From Desulfomonilia bacterium (GTDB lineage: Bacteria > Desulfobacterota > Desulfomonilia > UBA1062), in contig CAXXDQ010000004.1 in NCBI GenBank assembly GCA_963664325.2, forward strand, positions 128,001-192,000: DNA of 64,000 bases. The letters are read 5' to 3'. This document shows, piece after piece, positions 29,650 through 41,470 of the stretch; position 1 is the stretch's first letter; each line of letters starts with the position of its first letter. Both the position numbers and the translations under genes were made by a program. The notes beneath the pieces are model-generated. The model had not been told where the DNA came from. It did not search any database and was given only the letters and a program-made list of their open reading frames with translations.

Positions 29650-32600
29650 TTATTTATCAAGCACCTCGCGTATTTTTCTGGCCAGAATCTCGATGGGAAA
29701 CGGCTTCTGAAGATAGTTTACGCCTTCCTCGAGGACCCCTTGCTTTGCAATGATGTCAAATGTGTAGCCGGACATGAACAGGCATTTCATACCGGGCCTT
29801 ATTACGCTGAGCTTTTTCCAGAGATAGGAACCGCCGGATCCGGGCATCACGACATCCGACAGCAGGATGTGAATATCGTCTTCATATTTCCGGGCAAGCT
29901 CAACTGCATCGTCCGGGTTGCTCGCAGACAGTACAGTATAGCCAAGCTTCTTAAGCATTGCCATGTATATGCCGAGTACAGCCGTTTCATCCTCAACCAG
30001 CAGGACAGTTTCTGTGCCCTTCGGCGCCTCTGATATCTCAGGCGTTTCGCCTTCGGGTTGAACGGATTCGCATGCAGGAAGATATATCCTGAAAGCCGTG
30101 CCTTTCCCTGGTTCGCTGTGCACATTGATAAAGCCGTTGTTCTGTTTCACAATGCCGTAAACTGTTGCAAGGCCGAGGCCTGTGCCTTTCCCCTGCTCTT
30201 TTGTTGTAAAGAAAGGCTCGAAAATCTGCATCCGGGTCTCATCATCCATACCGCAGCCGTCGTCGCTGACCGAGAGCAGTATGTAATTCCCCGGGGCAGA
30301 GTCCGGGTAGAGCTCCATACCAGGCGCATCGACCTTAACATTGGAGGTCTCGATGGTTATATTACCGGAATCACCGATCGCATCGCGCGAATTGACCACG
30401 AGGTTGGCCAGTATCTGGTTGACCTGGACAGGATCCATCTTCACAGGCCACAGGTTGCCTGCTGGTTTCCAGGAAAGGCTGATATTTTCTCCGATAAGCC
30501 TGCCGAGCATTTTCAGAATGCCTGAAATGCTGTCGTTCAAATCCAGCACGACAGGGGCTATTACCTGCTTTCTGGCAAAGGCGAGAAGCTGTTTTGTAAG
30601 CTCGGCTGAGCGTTCGCCGGCCTTCATGATTTCCTTCAGGCTGCCAAATGCGGGGTCTGAGGGCTGAATCTGGCTCATCAGCATGTCGGCATGGCCGATA
30701 ATAATGCTCAGCATGTTGTTGAAGTCATGCGCCACACCTCCTGCCAGCCTTCCCACGGACTCCATCTTCTGGGACTGCCGGAGCTGGGCTTCGAGTTTGG
30801 CTTTCTCCTCTTCTGCCTGCATGCGCTCGGTGATGTTTTCGAAGACCGCAACGATCTCACCGGTAGGAAGTTTGTAGATATAGTTCTCGTACCAGCCCTT
30901 TAAATCCTTGTCCTCGTATAAAGTCACCGGTAAACGTTCCGGCTGCCCGGTCCGCCAGACTCTACCGAAAACATCCAGGATGCCAGCCTGTTCTATGCCT
31001 GGACGAACTTCAAAAATACTCTTCCCGATCAACCGTTTGCGGTCGTCATGGTCGATCTTTTCACCAGCACTGTTAAAGGCCTTGAAGATGAAATCGAGGC
31101 CCCCTGAGACTCCGGCCGTTTCCCTGACTTCATACACGGCGACGCCGCTGTTGATGTTTTCAAACAGCTGTTCGTACTGGTCCTTGGCCTGCTGCAGCAA
31201 ATCCTCGGCTTTCTTGCGCTCTGTAATGTCGCTGATCACGCCAACCAGTCCGGCGACATTCCCGCTGGAATCAGTGAAAGTGGCTTTATTGAAGATCACC
31301 TCTCTTGTCGAGTCGTTATTGGTTTTAACCTTCCATTCATATATTTGACTGCCGGGTCTTTCAAACAGTTCCCGATCCATTTTTGCATATTTATCTGCTA
31401 TTTCCTTGGGCGCTATGTCGCAAACACTTTTGCCGATAATTTCTTCTCTGGGTTTGCTAAAAAACTCTTCAAAGGCACGGTTGCAGCCCAAATATTTTTC
31501 CGAGGTATCCTTGTAAAAGATCGGACTGGGAATGGTATCGAGAAGTGTTGAGATGAATTTTATCTGGGTTTTAAGGTTTTCTTCCGCACGCTTGCGCTCG
31601 GTGACGTCCCTTCCTTCTCCAAGGATGGATACCGGTCTTCCGTTCCCATCACGTATTATGCTGAACTTGCTTTCCGCCCACACGGTTGAGCCGTCCCTGC
31701 AGGAATACTCGAGGTCCAGTGTGAAGAGTGGATTGTAGTCCGGGTCAACCATTATCCTGGGCAGCTCCTTAAAAACCAGATCAGATACCACTTTAAACGA
31801 CTCCGGTGTGAATTGCCGGTCCAGCGGCATTTTCATTATCTCCTCTATCGTGAATCCGCGCAGCCTTTCACCGGAGGGGCTGTGGTAGGTCATATTGAGG
31901 TCCATATCCACCAGCCATACGGTGTCTGTAGTGTGCTCCGACAGCAGGCGGTACTGCGCCTCGCTCTCGGCCATGGCGACCTCCGCCCTTCTCCGTGCAA
32001 GCACATTTGCAGTCGCGCTTGCATATGCAAGTAGTTCCTCGTTGCCGGGTTCGGCCTGCCCCTCTTTCCCTGCAATCATAATGGTTCCTGCCAGACGCTC
32101 CTTGTGTGTCAGCGCCAGCCCCACGAACCAGCCGAAACCGAACGCCTTTTCTATTATCCTGCCGAGAGGCGCCGGCATGTTCCCGAAAGTTACGTCATGG
32201 AGGGAACCGACCCGGCCGATGGTCGAGCCCATTATTTCATCATAGTGCTCTTTGCTGACGGGTGTCTTCATATTAATGAATCCGCTGCCCAGTTTTTTCC
32301 TCAGCCATGTATTGCTGTCTTCCGAGAGCGTTGACCGGCGGTATACAAGGGCATTGTGCTCCTCATCATAATCATTGATGAAAACCTCCGCCGCTCCTGT
32401 GATTTCTTTCAGCCTTGTCACGATGGTTTCATAAAGCTGATCGGGTTCGGCGGACATTATCGCCTGCGAATAATCGTTGATGGATGTCAGCATCTGGTTT
32501 TTTATCTGGAGCTGCCTCTCAGCCTCCTTGCGCTTGGTTATGTCATGGATTATCGTGAGCATGCACGGCTTTGAATCTATCTCGATCGGCTCAGCAGAAA

Positions 32601-33825
32601 GGGAAGTCTGCCGTACTTCGCCTGTTTTGCTCTTGATCTCCACCTCATAGTCATGGACAAAACCCAGCTCCTGTAATTGAGCGACAATCTTTCGCCGGTC
32701 TTCAGGGTCTGCAAACAATCCCAGTTCGAGTGACCTCCGGCCCAATACATCCTCCCGGCTGTACCCGAACAGACTCTCCCAGCTGTAATTGGTCTCGATA
32801 ATCAGCCCGTCGTCACGCTGGCTGATGATGAGTACATCCGGAATTGCGCTGAAGGCTTTGTAGAATTTGTTTTCGCTGTTGCGCAGTGCTTCTTCCGCCT
32901 GCTTAAGTCCTGTGATGTCACGGATGTAGCCGCCTACTCCCATGCGCCCACCTGAAAGAGGTACAGGGAACTTGACGGTCTGGTAGGTGTTAGCACCCAC
33001 GATTTCCTCGGCAGTGAAGCTCTCCTTGCTCTTCAGGGCTTCCATGTCGCTTGCCCGGCAATGCTCGGCAACTTCGAAAGGCATGAGATCGAAATCCGTT
33101 GAGCCTATTACGTCTGCTTGATATCTGCCCATGAAAGCGTCGTTAGCCTTGTTGCTGATGAGATATCGGAAGGATTCATCCTTGAGAAACACCAGATCGG
33201 AGGTGGCATCTATAAAGGTGCGGTAACGAAGTTCACTTCCAACCAGCGCCTCGGAATCCCTTTTTCGCTCGGTGATGTCGTTTAGCATGACGCGATATAC
33301 AGGTGCACCGTTTTCATCCTGCGCGGCGGAGGCTGACAGGTGCACCCATAATGAACTCCCGTCTTTTTTAGCCATTTGCAGTTCGCACTCCTGGGGTTCA
33401 CCTGTCTCCATAAGTTGCTTGCTAAGACGGAGATAGGCTTCCTGGTCATCTCTTATGATAAACCGGATAATCGGCCTCTTTTGAAGAGCATCGCGGGTGA
33501 CTCCCAGCAGGGTGGCGGCGGTGAGGTTCGCCTCAAGGATCAGACCTTTTTCACCTATCGTTAAATAGCCCGACGGCGCCTGATCGTAGAGATCAAAGTA
33601 CCGTGTACGCGCAGCGTCCAGTTCAGCCTGGATCCTGCGCAGTTCCTTGTTCTGCTTCTCAAGCTCGATCAGATGAACCCTCAGCTCATGAAGCAGGGAG
33701 CGAGACTCTTCCGGTAATTGCCCCTCGATATTCTTTAATTTTTGCTCAGTTTTTTTTAGGGCTGCCTTTTCAGCAAGCTTTCGCATGTCAACCTGATTCA
33801 TGGGCTTTCCCATCTTCTTTTTCAT
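29650..33825 (-). CDS. Multi-PAS hybrid sensor histidine kinase/response regulator
   Basis: About 6 PAS/PAC domains (DITERK ends) and a GAF-like region; HDFNN, PFFTTK, GTGLGL; C-terminal REC. Confidence 0.93.
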   Translation of the reverse strand: MKKKMGKPMNQVDMRKLAEKAALKKTEQKLKNIEGQLPEESRSLLHELRVHLIELEKQNKELRRIQAELDAARTRYFDLYDQAPSGYLTIGEKGLILEANLTAATLLGVTRDALQKRPIIRFIIRDDQEAYLRLSKQLMETGEPQECELQMAKKDGSSLWVHLSASAAQDENGAPVYRVMLNDITERKRDSEALVGSELRYRTFIDATSDLVFLKDESFRYLISNKANDAFMGRYQADVIGSTDFDLMPFEVAEHCRASDMEALKSKESFTAEEIVGANTYQTVKFPVPLSGGRMGVGGYIRDITGLKQAEEALRNSENKFYKAFSAIPDVLIISQRDDGLIIETNYSWESLFGYSREDVLGRRSLELGLFADPEDRRKIVAQLQELGFVHDYEVEIKSKTGEVRQTSLSAEPIEIDSKPCMLTIIHDITKRKEAERQLQIKNQMLTSINDYSQAIMSAEPDQLYETIVTRLKEITGAAEVFINDYDEEHNALVYRRSTLSEDSNTWLRKKLGSGFINMKTPVSKEHYDEIMGSTIGRVGSLHDVTFGNMPAPLGRIIEKAFGFGWFVGLALTHKERLAGTIMIAGKEGQAEPGNEELLAYASATANVLARRRAEVAMAESEAQYRLLSEHTTDTVWLVDMDLNMTYHSPSGERLRGFTIEEIMKMPLDRQFTPESFKVVSDLVFKELPRIMVDPDYNPLFTLDLEYSCRDGSTVWAESKFSIIRDGNGRPVSILGEGRDVTERKRAEENLKTQIKFISTLLDTIPSPIFYKDTSEKYLGCNRAFEEFFSKPREEIIGKSVCDIAPKEIADKYAKMDRELFERPGSQIYEWKVKTNNDSTREVIFNKATFTDSSGNVAGLVGVISDITERKKAEDLLQQAKDQYEQLFENINSGVAVYEVRETAGVSGGLDFIFKAFNSAGEKIDHDDRKRLIGKSIFEVRPGIEQAGILDVFGRVWRTGQPERLPVTLYEDKDLKGWYENYIYKLPTGEIVAVFENITERMQAEEEKAKLEAQLRQSQKMESVGRLAGGVAHDFNNMLSIIIGHADMLMSQIQPSDPAFGSLKEIMKAGERSAELTKQLLAFARKQVIAPVVLDLNDSISGILKMLGRLIGENISLSWKPAGNLWPVKMDPVQVNQILANLVVNSRDAIGDSGNITIETSNVKVDAPGMELYPDSAPGNYILLSVSDDGCGMDDETRMQIFEPFFTTKEQGKGTGLGLATVYGIVKQNNGFINVHSEPGKGTAFRIYLPACESVQPEGETPEISEAPKGTETVLLVEDETAVLGIYMAMLKKLGYTVLSASNPDDAVELARKYEDDIHILLSDVVMPGSGGSYLWKKLSVIRPGMKCLFMSGYTFDIIAKQGVLEEGVNYLQKPFPIEILARKIREVLDK

Positions 33826-34068
33826 GGCGGCCCCCCTGGATTAAGGCCAAATGCCTAATGCAGGAATAAAATGCCTAATTAAAACCAAAACCGACTACTG
33901 GCTCCAGCCGTTTGTCTTTTCCTAATCCTTCAATCTGCTCTTCGGTTTTCCTGCCTTAATTCTTTAATCTTGAACCTCCGGCCTTTTTCCATGCGACTGA
34001 TTTTCTGATTCAATCGGATAAAAAACCGGTTGGTTAGCCGGAATCGGCGGGGAAAAAGTCAAATGAAG

Positions 34069-34095
34069 AAAAAAAGGCGGGGTAAACCCGCCTTT
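34069..34095 (-). terminator. Rho-independent terminator of the GH5 gene
   Basis: AAAGGCGGG-TTTAC-CCCGCCTTT followed by a U run on the minus strand. Confidence 0.8.
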
Positions 34096-34102
34096 GTGTG
34101 AT

Positions 34103-35470
34103 CTAGGTCCCTGGTGTTATCTCTACGGAATGCACTGCCTGGTTCGGATTTGTATAAATCTTCAGAACTTCAGAGGCATCATCCCACTCGCTGGACCACG
34201 AACCGGCCGCGTCGCTGACTGCTAGTTTCCAGCCGTCCGGGAAGAAACGCCTTGCAGGGATATAAATCTCCGTAGGCGCACTGATTCCGGTTTCATTGAA
34301 TACGAGTTTGAAAACGCGGGTTTTGGGATCATAGCTGTAGCTTGCAGGATTTCCTGCTATTGCCTTCGGATAGACCCTGACAAGGTCGTTTATCTTTGCC
34401 TGTTCGCTTTTGTCGGAATTTATTATTCCCATAGGGTCCGGATCATAAGACCAGTAAGCCCATCCGCTGGTTGTGCGGTCCGCCACTGTCATCACTTCTT
34501 TGAGATATGCATCGACCGCGGAACCGGAACCCGAAATGCCCACTTCGCCGATAAGCATCGGGGAAAGCTGTTTTATTACCTCGGCCCTGCGGATATTCTC
34601 CCATATCTGGATATCCGGTTGACCCAGTGCATACAAATGCGGGAAATATGCCAGCCTCGGACCGGCAGGTCTTGAGTCAGACACTACCCCGAGTTTTGAA
34701 GGCGTTCCCTGGTTTGTAAAAATTGCCACCGGTTCAAAGAATACCCAGTTATCGTTATCAACAGTCCTGATTGCGGCAGCCAGCCTCTCGTAAAAAGGTT
34801 TCAGCACCCGTGCCTCAAAGGTAAGGGGGTTGGAGTACCCCGAATAGGGTTCGTTCATCAGGTCATAGCCTATGACTGCGGGATGGTCATGGAACCTCTG
34901 GACAATCTCCATGACCGCCGCTGTGTAGTGTTCCTGGAGATATGCATATTTAGTATTGTTGAAACTCCAGAAATTGGCAAATGCGGCCATGACTCCAGGA
35001 TCAAGGTAATTGAGCTGCCAGGGTTCCTGATACTGGGCGGGCAGTCCGTTATCCTCAATGGCCCAGGCAGGCGCCCCGTCGCCTCCGAAATAAGCGGAAT
35101 AGAGATCCTGGTGCATATCGAGGACAACATGAATCCCGGCCTCCTGATACCAGTCCAGGCGTTCCGCTATCCCGTCAAGATAGGCCTCGTTGAAAACTCC
35201 CTTTTCAGGCTCGATCCCGTCCCACAGCAACACCACGCGGGCGAAGTTGAAGCCCCAGTCCCGGGACATCCTCAGGATGTCGTCCTTTTGAGTCCAGCCC
35301 AGCCTGTCCTGATAATACTTCGAACTGTTGCTTACGTTAAGTCCGTGCAGTATCAGAGCCCGGCCCTGACCGTCGGTGATGTACTGCTGCTGGAAATCTT
35401 TTTTGCAGGCGCCCAGCATGAATGAAACAAGGATCACAAGACAGATGAATATTCCGGATTTATTCCTCAT
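34103..35470 (-). CDS. GH5 endoglycoceramidase-like lipoprotein
   Basis: Lipobox LGAC; DGQGR…LHGLN, LDMHQD, GDGAP, YDLMNEP, IGEVG; C-terminal RVYPKAIAG beta domain. Confidence 0.85.
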   Translation of the reverse strand: MRNKSGIFICLVILVSFMLGACKKDFQQQYITDGQGRALILHGLNVSNSSKYYQDRLGWTQKDDILRMSRDWGFNFARVVLLWDGIEPEKGVFNEAYLDGIAERLDWYQEAGIHVVLDMHQDLYSAYFGGDGAPAWAIEDNGLPAQYQEPWQLNYLDPGVMAAFANFWSFNNTKYAYLQEHYTAAVMEIVQRFHDHPAVIGYDLMNEPYSGYSNPLTFEARVLKPFYERLAAAIRTVDNDNWVFFEPVAIFTNQGTPSKLGVVSDSRPAGPRLAYFPHLYALGQPDIQIWENIRRAEVIKQLSPMLIGEVGISGSGSAVDAYLKEVMTVADRTTSGWAYWSYDPDPMGIINSDKSEQAKINDLVRVYPKAIAGNPASYSYDPKTRVFKLVFNETGISAPTEIYIPARRFFPDGWKLAVSDAAGSWSSEWDDASEVLKIYTNPNQAVHSVEITPGT

Positions 35471-35586
35471 ATCAACCCCCTTATGGAGAATGTATTGATT
35501 ATATCAGGATTACAGCCAAATTGCTATTTGCAAAAGCTGGCGGTCAAGTTTCGGTCGTTACAGAAATTAAAAATATGCAGCTGAAA

Positions 35587-36090
35587 TCATTCTGAGAACG
35601 GTGGCTGGCTCCCGCAATCGCCCATGTCTCCGCCGAGTTTTGAAAGCGCGTGAGGCAGGGCCGGAAGAATTACTCCCAGGTTTTCACTTACAGCCTTGGG
35701 ACTTCCCGGCAGATTGACAATCAGGGTATGGCCGCGAATCCCCGCAACCGCCCTTGATATCATGGCATTGGGTGTTTTTTTCAGGCTTTCGGCCCTCATG
35801 GCCTCTTCCATTCCGGGGACTCTTTTCTCGATAACGGCCAATGTCGCTTCAGGGGTCACATCCCTGGGAGAGAGACCTGTTCCCCCTGTTGTTATAATAA
35901 GGTTCAATCTTTTGGAATCACTCCACCTGATAAGTTCCGATGAAATAAGGCCTGCCTCGTCGGGAATCACCTCGTATTCGGTTACCGCAATCCCCGAGCC
36001 TTCAAGCATCTCCTTTATGACCGCTCCGCTCAGGTCTTCCCGTTCACCGCGTGAGCCCTTATCGCTTAATGTGAGTATGCCGGCCTTCAC
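35587..36090 (-). CDS. mog: Molybdopterin adenylyltransferase (MogA/MoaB)
   Basis: TTGGTG, RDVTPEA, NLPGSP. Confidence 0.9.
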   Translation of the reverse strand: MKAGILTLSDKGSRGEREDLSGAVIKEMLEGSGIAVTEYEVIPDEAGLISSELIRWSDSKRLNLIITTGGTGLSPRDVTPEATLAVIEKRVPGMEEAMRAESLKKTPNAMISRAVAGIRGHTLIVNLPGSPKAVSENLGVILPALPHALSKLGGDMGDCGSQPPFSE

Positions 36091-36803
36091 CTTTTCACCT
36101 CATGCAGTCTTCTTACCGCGGTAATGCCCAGTACCCTGGGGACCGACTTGCTTTTCCCCAGTTTGGAAAGCTCTCTTTCCTTGAGGGAATAGACCAGTTT
36201 GGTCGATATGAAAAGCGGGGTCTTGGGGTTAAAGACAAGTCCGACCCTGACTTCGTAGTTTTTCATCCATTCCCGCTGGGTGGAAATAAATCTCAGGACA
36301 TCTTCATGCACCGAGCGGTTGTTGGCAATCATGACCACTTCGCTGTCCGTGATCTTGGGGGACTTTATAACGGACATCTGAACAAGCCGGTTGACGTCGC
36401 GAATAAGTACTGTCCGGGCCTCCTTGTTGCACTTCATGGCAAACTCGACTTTCTTGGAGACCGTCATTTTCTGAATCAGATGGAACAGGCTGGTTGTCTT
36501 ATGCTCTTCCAATTCCAGGGATACATCTTCCCGGCCTTTGTCACCGTCATCCAGCCAGGCGTCAAGACTTGCATCAAGACCGGCATCGGCACCCGAATCA
36601 ATCGAATCCGACAGGAAGTCATCTTTTTCAAACGAATAATCACCTGCTATTTCTGCAAAATCGGAAAGGGAGTAACCGGCTGTTTTTTCCTCAAATGTGA
36701 TGCCTGATTTTTCTATTATGGTAAGACTACTGGTTTGAATGACAACCGGCAGCCACCTTTTGTTATATTCTTTTTCTATTTGCGGCTTGCTGTTTTCTTC
36801 CAT
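36087..36803 (-). CDS. Conserved helical-repeat hypothetical protein
   Basis: KEARTVLIRD…SPKITDSEV…NPKTP, typical of a deltaproteobacterial family. Confidence 0.7.
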   Translation of the reverse strand: MEENSKPQIEKEYNKRWLPVVIQTSSLTIIEKSGITFEEKTAGYSLSDFAEIAGDYSFEKDDFLSDSIDSGADAGLDASLDAWLDDGDKGREDVSLELEEHKTTSLFHLIQKMTVSKKVEFAMKCNKEARTVLIRDVNRLVQMSVIKSPKITDSEVVMIANNRSVHEDVLRFISTQREWMKNYEVRVGLVFNPKTPLFISTKLVYSLKERELSKLGKSKSVPRVLGITAVRRLHEVKR

Positions 36804-36810
36804 AGTTTAC

Positions 36811-36843
36811 AAAAAAGCAAAGCCCCTGTTTAAGGGGCTTTGC
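36811..36843 (-). terminator. Rho-independent terminator after the EF-G paralog
   Basis: GCAAAGCCCCT-TAAAC-AGGGGCTTTGC then TTTTTT on the minus strand. Confidence 0.85.
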
Positions 36844-36850
36844 CGGTTTG

Positions 36851-38941
36851 CTATTTTTCTTTTGCCTCTCTGGCAGCCTTTGCCTCGGCCACCACCTTTT
36901 CCTGGATGTTGAAAGGAACCGGTTCGTAGTGGGAGAATCCCATCGAATACGTCCCGCGGGCGGAAGTCATGGATGTCAGGTCGGACGCATACATGAGGAC
37001 TTCGGCCAGCGGTACGCTCGCCTTGACTTCCTGATACTTGCCTTTTGCATTCATCCCCTCTATTTTTCCCCTGCGGCTGTTAAGGTCTCCCATTACATCA
37101 CCCATGCAGTCTTCGGGCACGACGATGGCAATCTTCATGATTGGTTCAAGCAGAATCGGCTTGCACCCTTCCATTGCCTTCTTGAAGGCCATGGATGCGG
37201 CAATCTTGAACGCCATTTCAGATGAATCGACGTCATGGTATGAACCGTCAACCGCGCTTATCTTGAGGTCCACAACGGGATTACCGGAAAGAGGCCCTTC
37301 CTTCAGGGCCTCAATCAGTCCCTTTTCAACAGCAGGGATATAATTCCGCGGGATGACCCCGCCTACGATCGCGTTTACAAACTCGAAGCCAGCCCCGCGT
37401 TCCATCGGGACCACTTCTATCCACACGTCGCCGTACTGGCCGTGTCCGCCGGTCTGCTTCTTGTACTTGCCCTGGACCCTGGCTGTGGCCGTAATGGTTT
37501 CCTTGTACGGGACCTTTGGCGTCTTCAGTTCGACCTCGACGTTATAACGGCGCTTCAGCCTTTCCACGGTAAGCTCGATATGCACCTGGCCCAGTCCGTA
37601 AAGCTTGAATTCGCCGGTCTGCTCGTCACGGATAACCTTGAGAACGGGGTCTTCTTCCATTAGTTTCTGAAGCCCGGGCATGATCTTGTCTTCATCGCCC
37701 TTGGTCTTCGGCGATATGGCCATGTTCATGATCGCCTCCGGGAATTCAGGGCTGGGAAGCATCATGTCGGAATTGTCGCTGAGTAGCGTATCGCCGGTTT
37801 TTGTCTCCTTGAGTTTTGCCACTGCGAAAAGGTCGCCCGGCCCCACCTGCTCAAGCGGTTTTTGGGCCTTGCCTTCAATGGCCATAATGGAACCTATGCG
37901 CTCTTTTGTGCTGCGGTTGGGGTTATTCAACTGCGAATCCGGTCCGAGTGTCCCGGAAAGGCATTTGATTATACTTAGCTTGCCGGTGTACGGGTCGCTC
38001 ATGGTCTTGAAGACATAACCGACAAACGGCTCGCTTTCCTCTGCCTTGACATTCCTGGTCTTGCCGTCCGGGGATTTCAGTTCGTGGGCTTTTCTGTCTT
38101 TCGGGCTCAGCATTGAACCGGCTATGAAATCCATGAGCGGCTGGACGCCCATATTCAGAAGGGCGGAACCTGCAAAAACAGGCAGGAAAATGCCCTGTGC
38201 AAGGCCGTTGCTCAAAGCCCCTGCAAGCTCTGCCGCACTCAATTCCCCGCCTTCAAGATATTTTTCCATCAGGGTATCATCAACCTCGGCAAGGTCTTCT
38301 ATCACCTTCGAATAGGTTTCTTCCAGGATGTCAGCCATGTCTGCGGGCACATCAGCTTCCTTGAAGCTGCCGCTTCCGTTTTTTTCGTATATATATGCCT
38401 TCTTTTTAAGCACATCCACTATGCCCTGGAAGCTTTCTTCGCTGCCTACGGGGATTGTCAGCGGAAGCGTTTTTATTTCGAGCATTTCACGAATGTCGGA
38501 AAGGACCTGATCGAAATCCGCACGCTCACGGTCCATCTTGTTTATGAAGCACGCACAGGCCAGGCCTTCCTTTCTTGCCATCTGCCATAGGTTTTCAGTG
38601 TGCGGCTTGATTGAATCGACCGCGTCTATGACAAATATTGCATTGTCCGCCGATTTAAGGCTGAGAATCGCTTCCGATGTGAAGTTTGCATCGCCCGGTG
38701 TATCAAGCAGCATTACTCCCTTGTTTTTCCATTTGAAATTATGCAGGGCGCTGAATACCGAAGACTGCCTTTTCTGCTCTTCAGGTTCAAAGTCCAGGAC
38801 CGAGTTCCCTTCCAGAACTTTACCAAGCCTGGTTGTGGCCTTGGCGTTGAACAGCATTGCCTCTCCAAGGGATGTCTTCCCTGATCCCGAATGCGACACC
38901 AGGATTATATCCCTTAAATTTTCCGTGCTAAATCTTCTCAT
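36851..38941 (-). CDS. fusA: Elongation factor G paralog (EF-G2 type)
   Basis: SHSGSGKTS, DTPG, NKMD, KQTGGHGQYG, DGSYHDVDSS; not in the str operon. Confidence 0.9.
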   Translation of the reverse strand: MRRFSTENLRDIILVSHSGSGKTSLGEAMLFNAKATTRLGKVLEGNSVLDFEPEEQKRQSSVFSALHNFKWKNKGVMLLDTPGDANFTSEAILSLKSADNAIFVIDAVDSIKPHTENLWQMARKEGLACACFINKMDRERADFDQVLSDIREMLEIKTLPLTIPVGSEESFQGIVDVLKKKAYIYEKNGSGSFKEADVPADMADILEETYSKVIEDLAEVDDTLMEKYLEGGELSAAELAGALSNGLAQGIFLPVFAGSALLNMGVQPLMDFIAGSMLSPKDRKAHELKSPDGKTRNVKAEESEPFVGYVFKTMSDPYTGKLSIIKCLSGTLGPDSQLNNPNRSTKERIGSIMAIEGKAQKPLEQVGPGDLFAVAKLKETKTGDTLLSDNSDMMLPSPEFPEAIMNMAISPKTKGDEDKIMPGLQKLMEEDPVLKVIRDEQTGEFKLYGLGQVHIELTVERLKRRYNVEVELKTPKVPYKETITATARVQGKYKKQTGGHGQYGDVWIEVVPMERGAGFEFVNAIVGGVIPRNYIPAVEKGLIEALKEGPLSGNPVVDLKISAVDGSYHDVDSSEMAFKIAASMAFKKAMEGCKPILLEPIMKIAIVVPEDCMGDVMGDLNSRRGKIEGMNAKGKYQEVKASVPLAEVLMYASDLTSMTSARGTYSMGFSHYEPVPFNIQEKVVAEAKAAREAKEK

Positions 38942-39082
38942 CGATGATCCTCCTACAAAGTAATACTGGTTTAACGAGTGTCATACCGTATCCAAAAGAC
39001 ACTTCCAAGTCAAGCGGACATTGGAGAGCCCTGGTCTTCAGGATTCCTTTACGCAATCACCGCCGTATGTTAACTAGAACGC

Positions 39083-39727
39083 ATGAGAAAATTCGCTATC
39101 GGCGATATCCACGGCTGCTTTGAAAAGCTTGAGGACCTGCTTGCCAAAATCGATCCCAAATCCGATGACAGTTTCATATTTCTGGGTGATTATATCGACA
39201 GAGGAGAGAATCCTAGAGGAGTGATCGATGCCCTGATCAGGCTTTCATCCCATTGCAACTGCATTTTTTTGAGAGGCAATCACGAGGACATGCTAATCGA
39301 GTACATGGAGTTCGGGACAAACCGCAGCATATTCCGTGCAAACGGCGGTGATATGACTATCCTTTCCTATGCTGGGAAAAAGAACGCCGGGGGCAAAGAA
39401 CTGGCAGGAACGGTCCCTGCTGATCACAGGGAATTCATCAAGAACCTGAAATGGCTGCACGAAGATGAGGGCTATATCTATGTGCATGCAGGCATCAGGC
39501 CCGGCATACCGCTTAAACTGCAGGACGCGATGGACCTGATATGGATAAGGCGGGAATTTCATGAAGCGCCGACCGGGCTTGAGAAAAAAATCATATTCGG
39601 CCACTGCCCGTTTAAGGAGCCCTTTGTCAGAAACGACAAGATTGGCATCGATACAGGCGCGGTATATGGCCGCTACCTTACCGCAATCGAACTGCCTTCC
39701 GAGCGCTTCATCTTTTCATTTTCCTAA
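39083..39727 (+). CDS. PPP-family metallophosphoesterase
   Basis: GDIHG, GDYIDRG, GNHE, FGH, IDTG. Confidence 0.9.
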   Translation: MRKFAIGDIHGCFEKLEDLLAKIDPKSDDSFIFLGDYIDRGENPRGVIDALIRLSSHCNCIFLRGNHEDMLIEYMEFGTNRSIFRANGGDMTILSYAGKKNAGGKELAGTVPADHREFIKNLKWLHEDEGYIYVHAGIRPGIPLKLQDAMDLIWIRREFHEAPTGLEKKIIFGHCPFKEPFVRNDKIGIDTGAVYGRYLTAIELPSERFIFSFS

Positions 39728-39767
39728 GGTCTTGTAATCAGGGACCCTGCTGGTTTATAAAAACAAG

Positions 39768-40427
39768 ATGCCGGGAAATTATTATGAAATCCTTGACGTG
39801 ACAAACAAGGCCTCGTCTGAGGAAATTAAAAGGGCCTACAGGAGAATGGCGCTCAAGCTTCATCCCGACACCAACCCGGACAACCCGGACACCGAGGAGA
39901 AGTTCAAGCTGCTGACCGAGGCTTACGGGGTCCTGATAGACCCTTCCAAGAGAAGATTATACGATATATCTCGCACCGCAGGCTTCGACAGACAGCATAT
40001 TTATGAGGACCTCTTTTCGAATTCCGCCTTCAGCAAAGTGTTCGCCGACCTGCCTATTCCGCCGGAATGGATTGAACGCATGCTGCATGTCGGAAAAATT
40101 GTCGCATATGAAGCAATCATGCGCGGCGGCAGGCCGAGGGACATAATAGGAAGAAGCCTGGTAAGGCTGGCCGCGGACAGTGCTGGTACATTCTTCCACA
40201 ACGTGATGGATATTCATAAGGACATCCGGGTTACCGCAGAGACTGCGGACACCGGCGGCACAGCCGTTTTTGCATACCGTCCCGGCTTTTCGCAAAAAAA
40301 TCTTAACATTACCATTCCCGCAGGCAGCTCAAACGGGACCGTCCTGAGGCTGAAAGGCATGGGAAGGAAAGGCCTGGGCGGCGGGTGCGGCGATCTCTAC
40401 TTAAAGGTAATTATCTCCGGCGAATAA
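39768..40427 (+). CDS. DnaJ-domain protein with partial C-terminal domain
   Basis: NYYEIL, HPD, LRLKGMG…GDLYL. Confidence 0.85.
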   Translation: MPGNYYEILDVTNKASSEEIKRAYRRMALKLHPDTNPDNPDTEEKFKLLTEAYGVLIDPSKRRLYDISRTAGFDRQHIYEDLFSNSAFSKVFADLPIPPEWIERMLHVGKIVAYEAIMRGGRPRDIIGRSLVRLAADSAGTFFHNVMDIHKDIRVTAETADTGGTAVFAYRPGFSQKNLNITIPAGSSNGTVLRLKGMGRKGLGGGCGDLYLKVIISGE

Positions 40428-41311
40428 ACGACAATCTGGTTCTTGCCGTTTCTTTTTCCCCAGTACATGGCTTTATCGGCCATCTTCAAAAGCTCCTCGC
40501 TGTTCATTGTATCCTTGGGAAGGCTGGCCAGACCGATAGTGACTGTAACCCCCAGGGAGGTTTCCAGAGACCTGCAAATCCTCTGTGCAACGACACTTGA
40601 CTCCTCTGGCGTGGTTTCAGGAAATACTATGACGAATTCCTCGCCGCCGTATCTGATCAAAAGATCGCAGTTGCGCGTATTGTGCCTGAGTGTAAGTGCA
40701 AGGTTGACCAGCAGTTTGTTTCCCGCCTCATGGCCGTTCGTATCATTGTATTTCTTGAAATCGTCTATATCCAGCATTGCAACGCTCAGGGTATGGTCAT
40801 ATCTGATGTGTCTTTCCACCTCTTTCCTGAGCGTAGGCCTGAGATGCCTAAGGTTGAACAGTCCGGTGAGTTCGTCCGTATGGGAAAGCATCTTGTAATA
40901 CTCGGCCATTTCAGCCTCTTCGACAAGCCTAGCATTCTCGAGCAACTTGTTGATCGTCAGGTGTATATGGTCAAGAAGAAGGGGCTTGGTGATAAAATCT
41001 GCAGCGCCCATTTTCATGCATTCAACCGCATCATGTATCGTTCCATAACCGGTAATCATGATAGCCTGCATTTTGGGATGGAATTCCTTGATCTCGCGCA
41101 AGAGTTCAAGCCCGGTGGTATCAGTCAGATAGAGGTCGAGTATGGCAATATCGAAGGCGTGCTCGCTGAGGAGTTCAACAGCCTTTTCCCCGGTTTCGGC
41201 AACTGTCACGTTCATGCCTTTTTCGCTGAGGTAATCCTTGATGAGGTTCAGGGTTTCAACCTCGTCATCGACGACAATGATCTTGGTGTTTTTGTAAACA
41301 GTCTGTTCCAT
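40397..41311 (-). CDS. Response-regulator diguanylate cyclase (REC-GGDEF)
   Basis: REC domain; [19 protein letters not shown]-site, RYGGEEF; start uncertain (41311-41344). Confidence 0.9.
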   Translation of the reverse strand: MEQTVYKNTKIIVVDDEVETLNLIKDYLSEKGMNVTVAETGEKAVELLSEHAFDIAILDLYLTDTTGLELLREIKEFHPKMQAIMITGYGTIHDAVECMKMGAADFITKPLLLDHIHLTINKLLENARLVEEAEMAEYYKMLSHTDELTGLFNLRHLRPTLRKEVERHIRYDHTLSVAMLDIDDFKKYNDTNGHEAGNKLLVNLALTLRHNTRNCDLLIRYGGEEFVIVFPETTPEESSVVAQRICRSLETSLGVTVTIGLASLPKDTMNSEELLKMADKAMYWGKRNGKNQIVVYSPEIITFK

Positions 41312-41470
41312 GTGCCTCTCCATCTCAGAAAAGCTGTTTTTCAAACATGTTTTGCCAAGTATACTTCTTTTCGGTTTTTTCCTTTAAAGATTTTAATATT
41401 ATTTTTAATTGTGTATTTCTGCATGAATAAATAACATAAATACGCACCTTAATTAAACAGGGAGATCGAT

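Noticed and set aside
33826-34068. Long leader of the hybrid kinase as a c-di-GMP riboswitch; short repeat AAATGCCTAAT x2
   Set aside because: No GGCAAAC/GCAAAG core and no convincing stems; the repeat is only two 11-mers
35495-35507. TTGAT-TAT-ATCAG as a third FNR-type box
   Set aside because: 3-nt spacer and a mismatch; better explained as an extended -10 (TGATATAAT) on the minus strand
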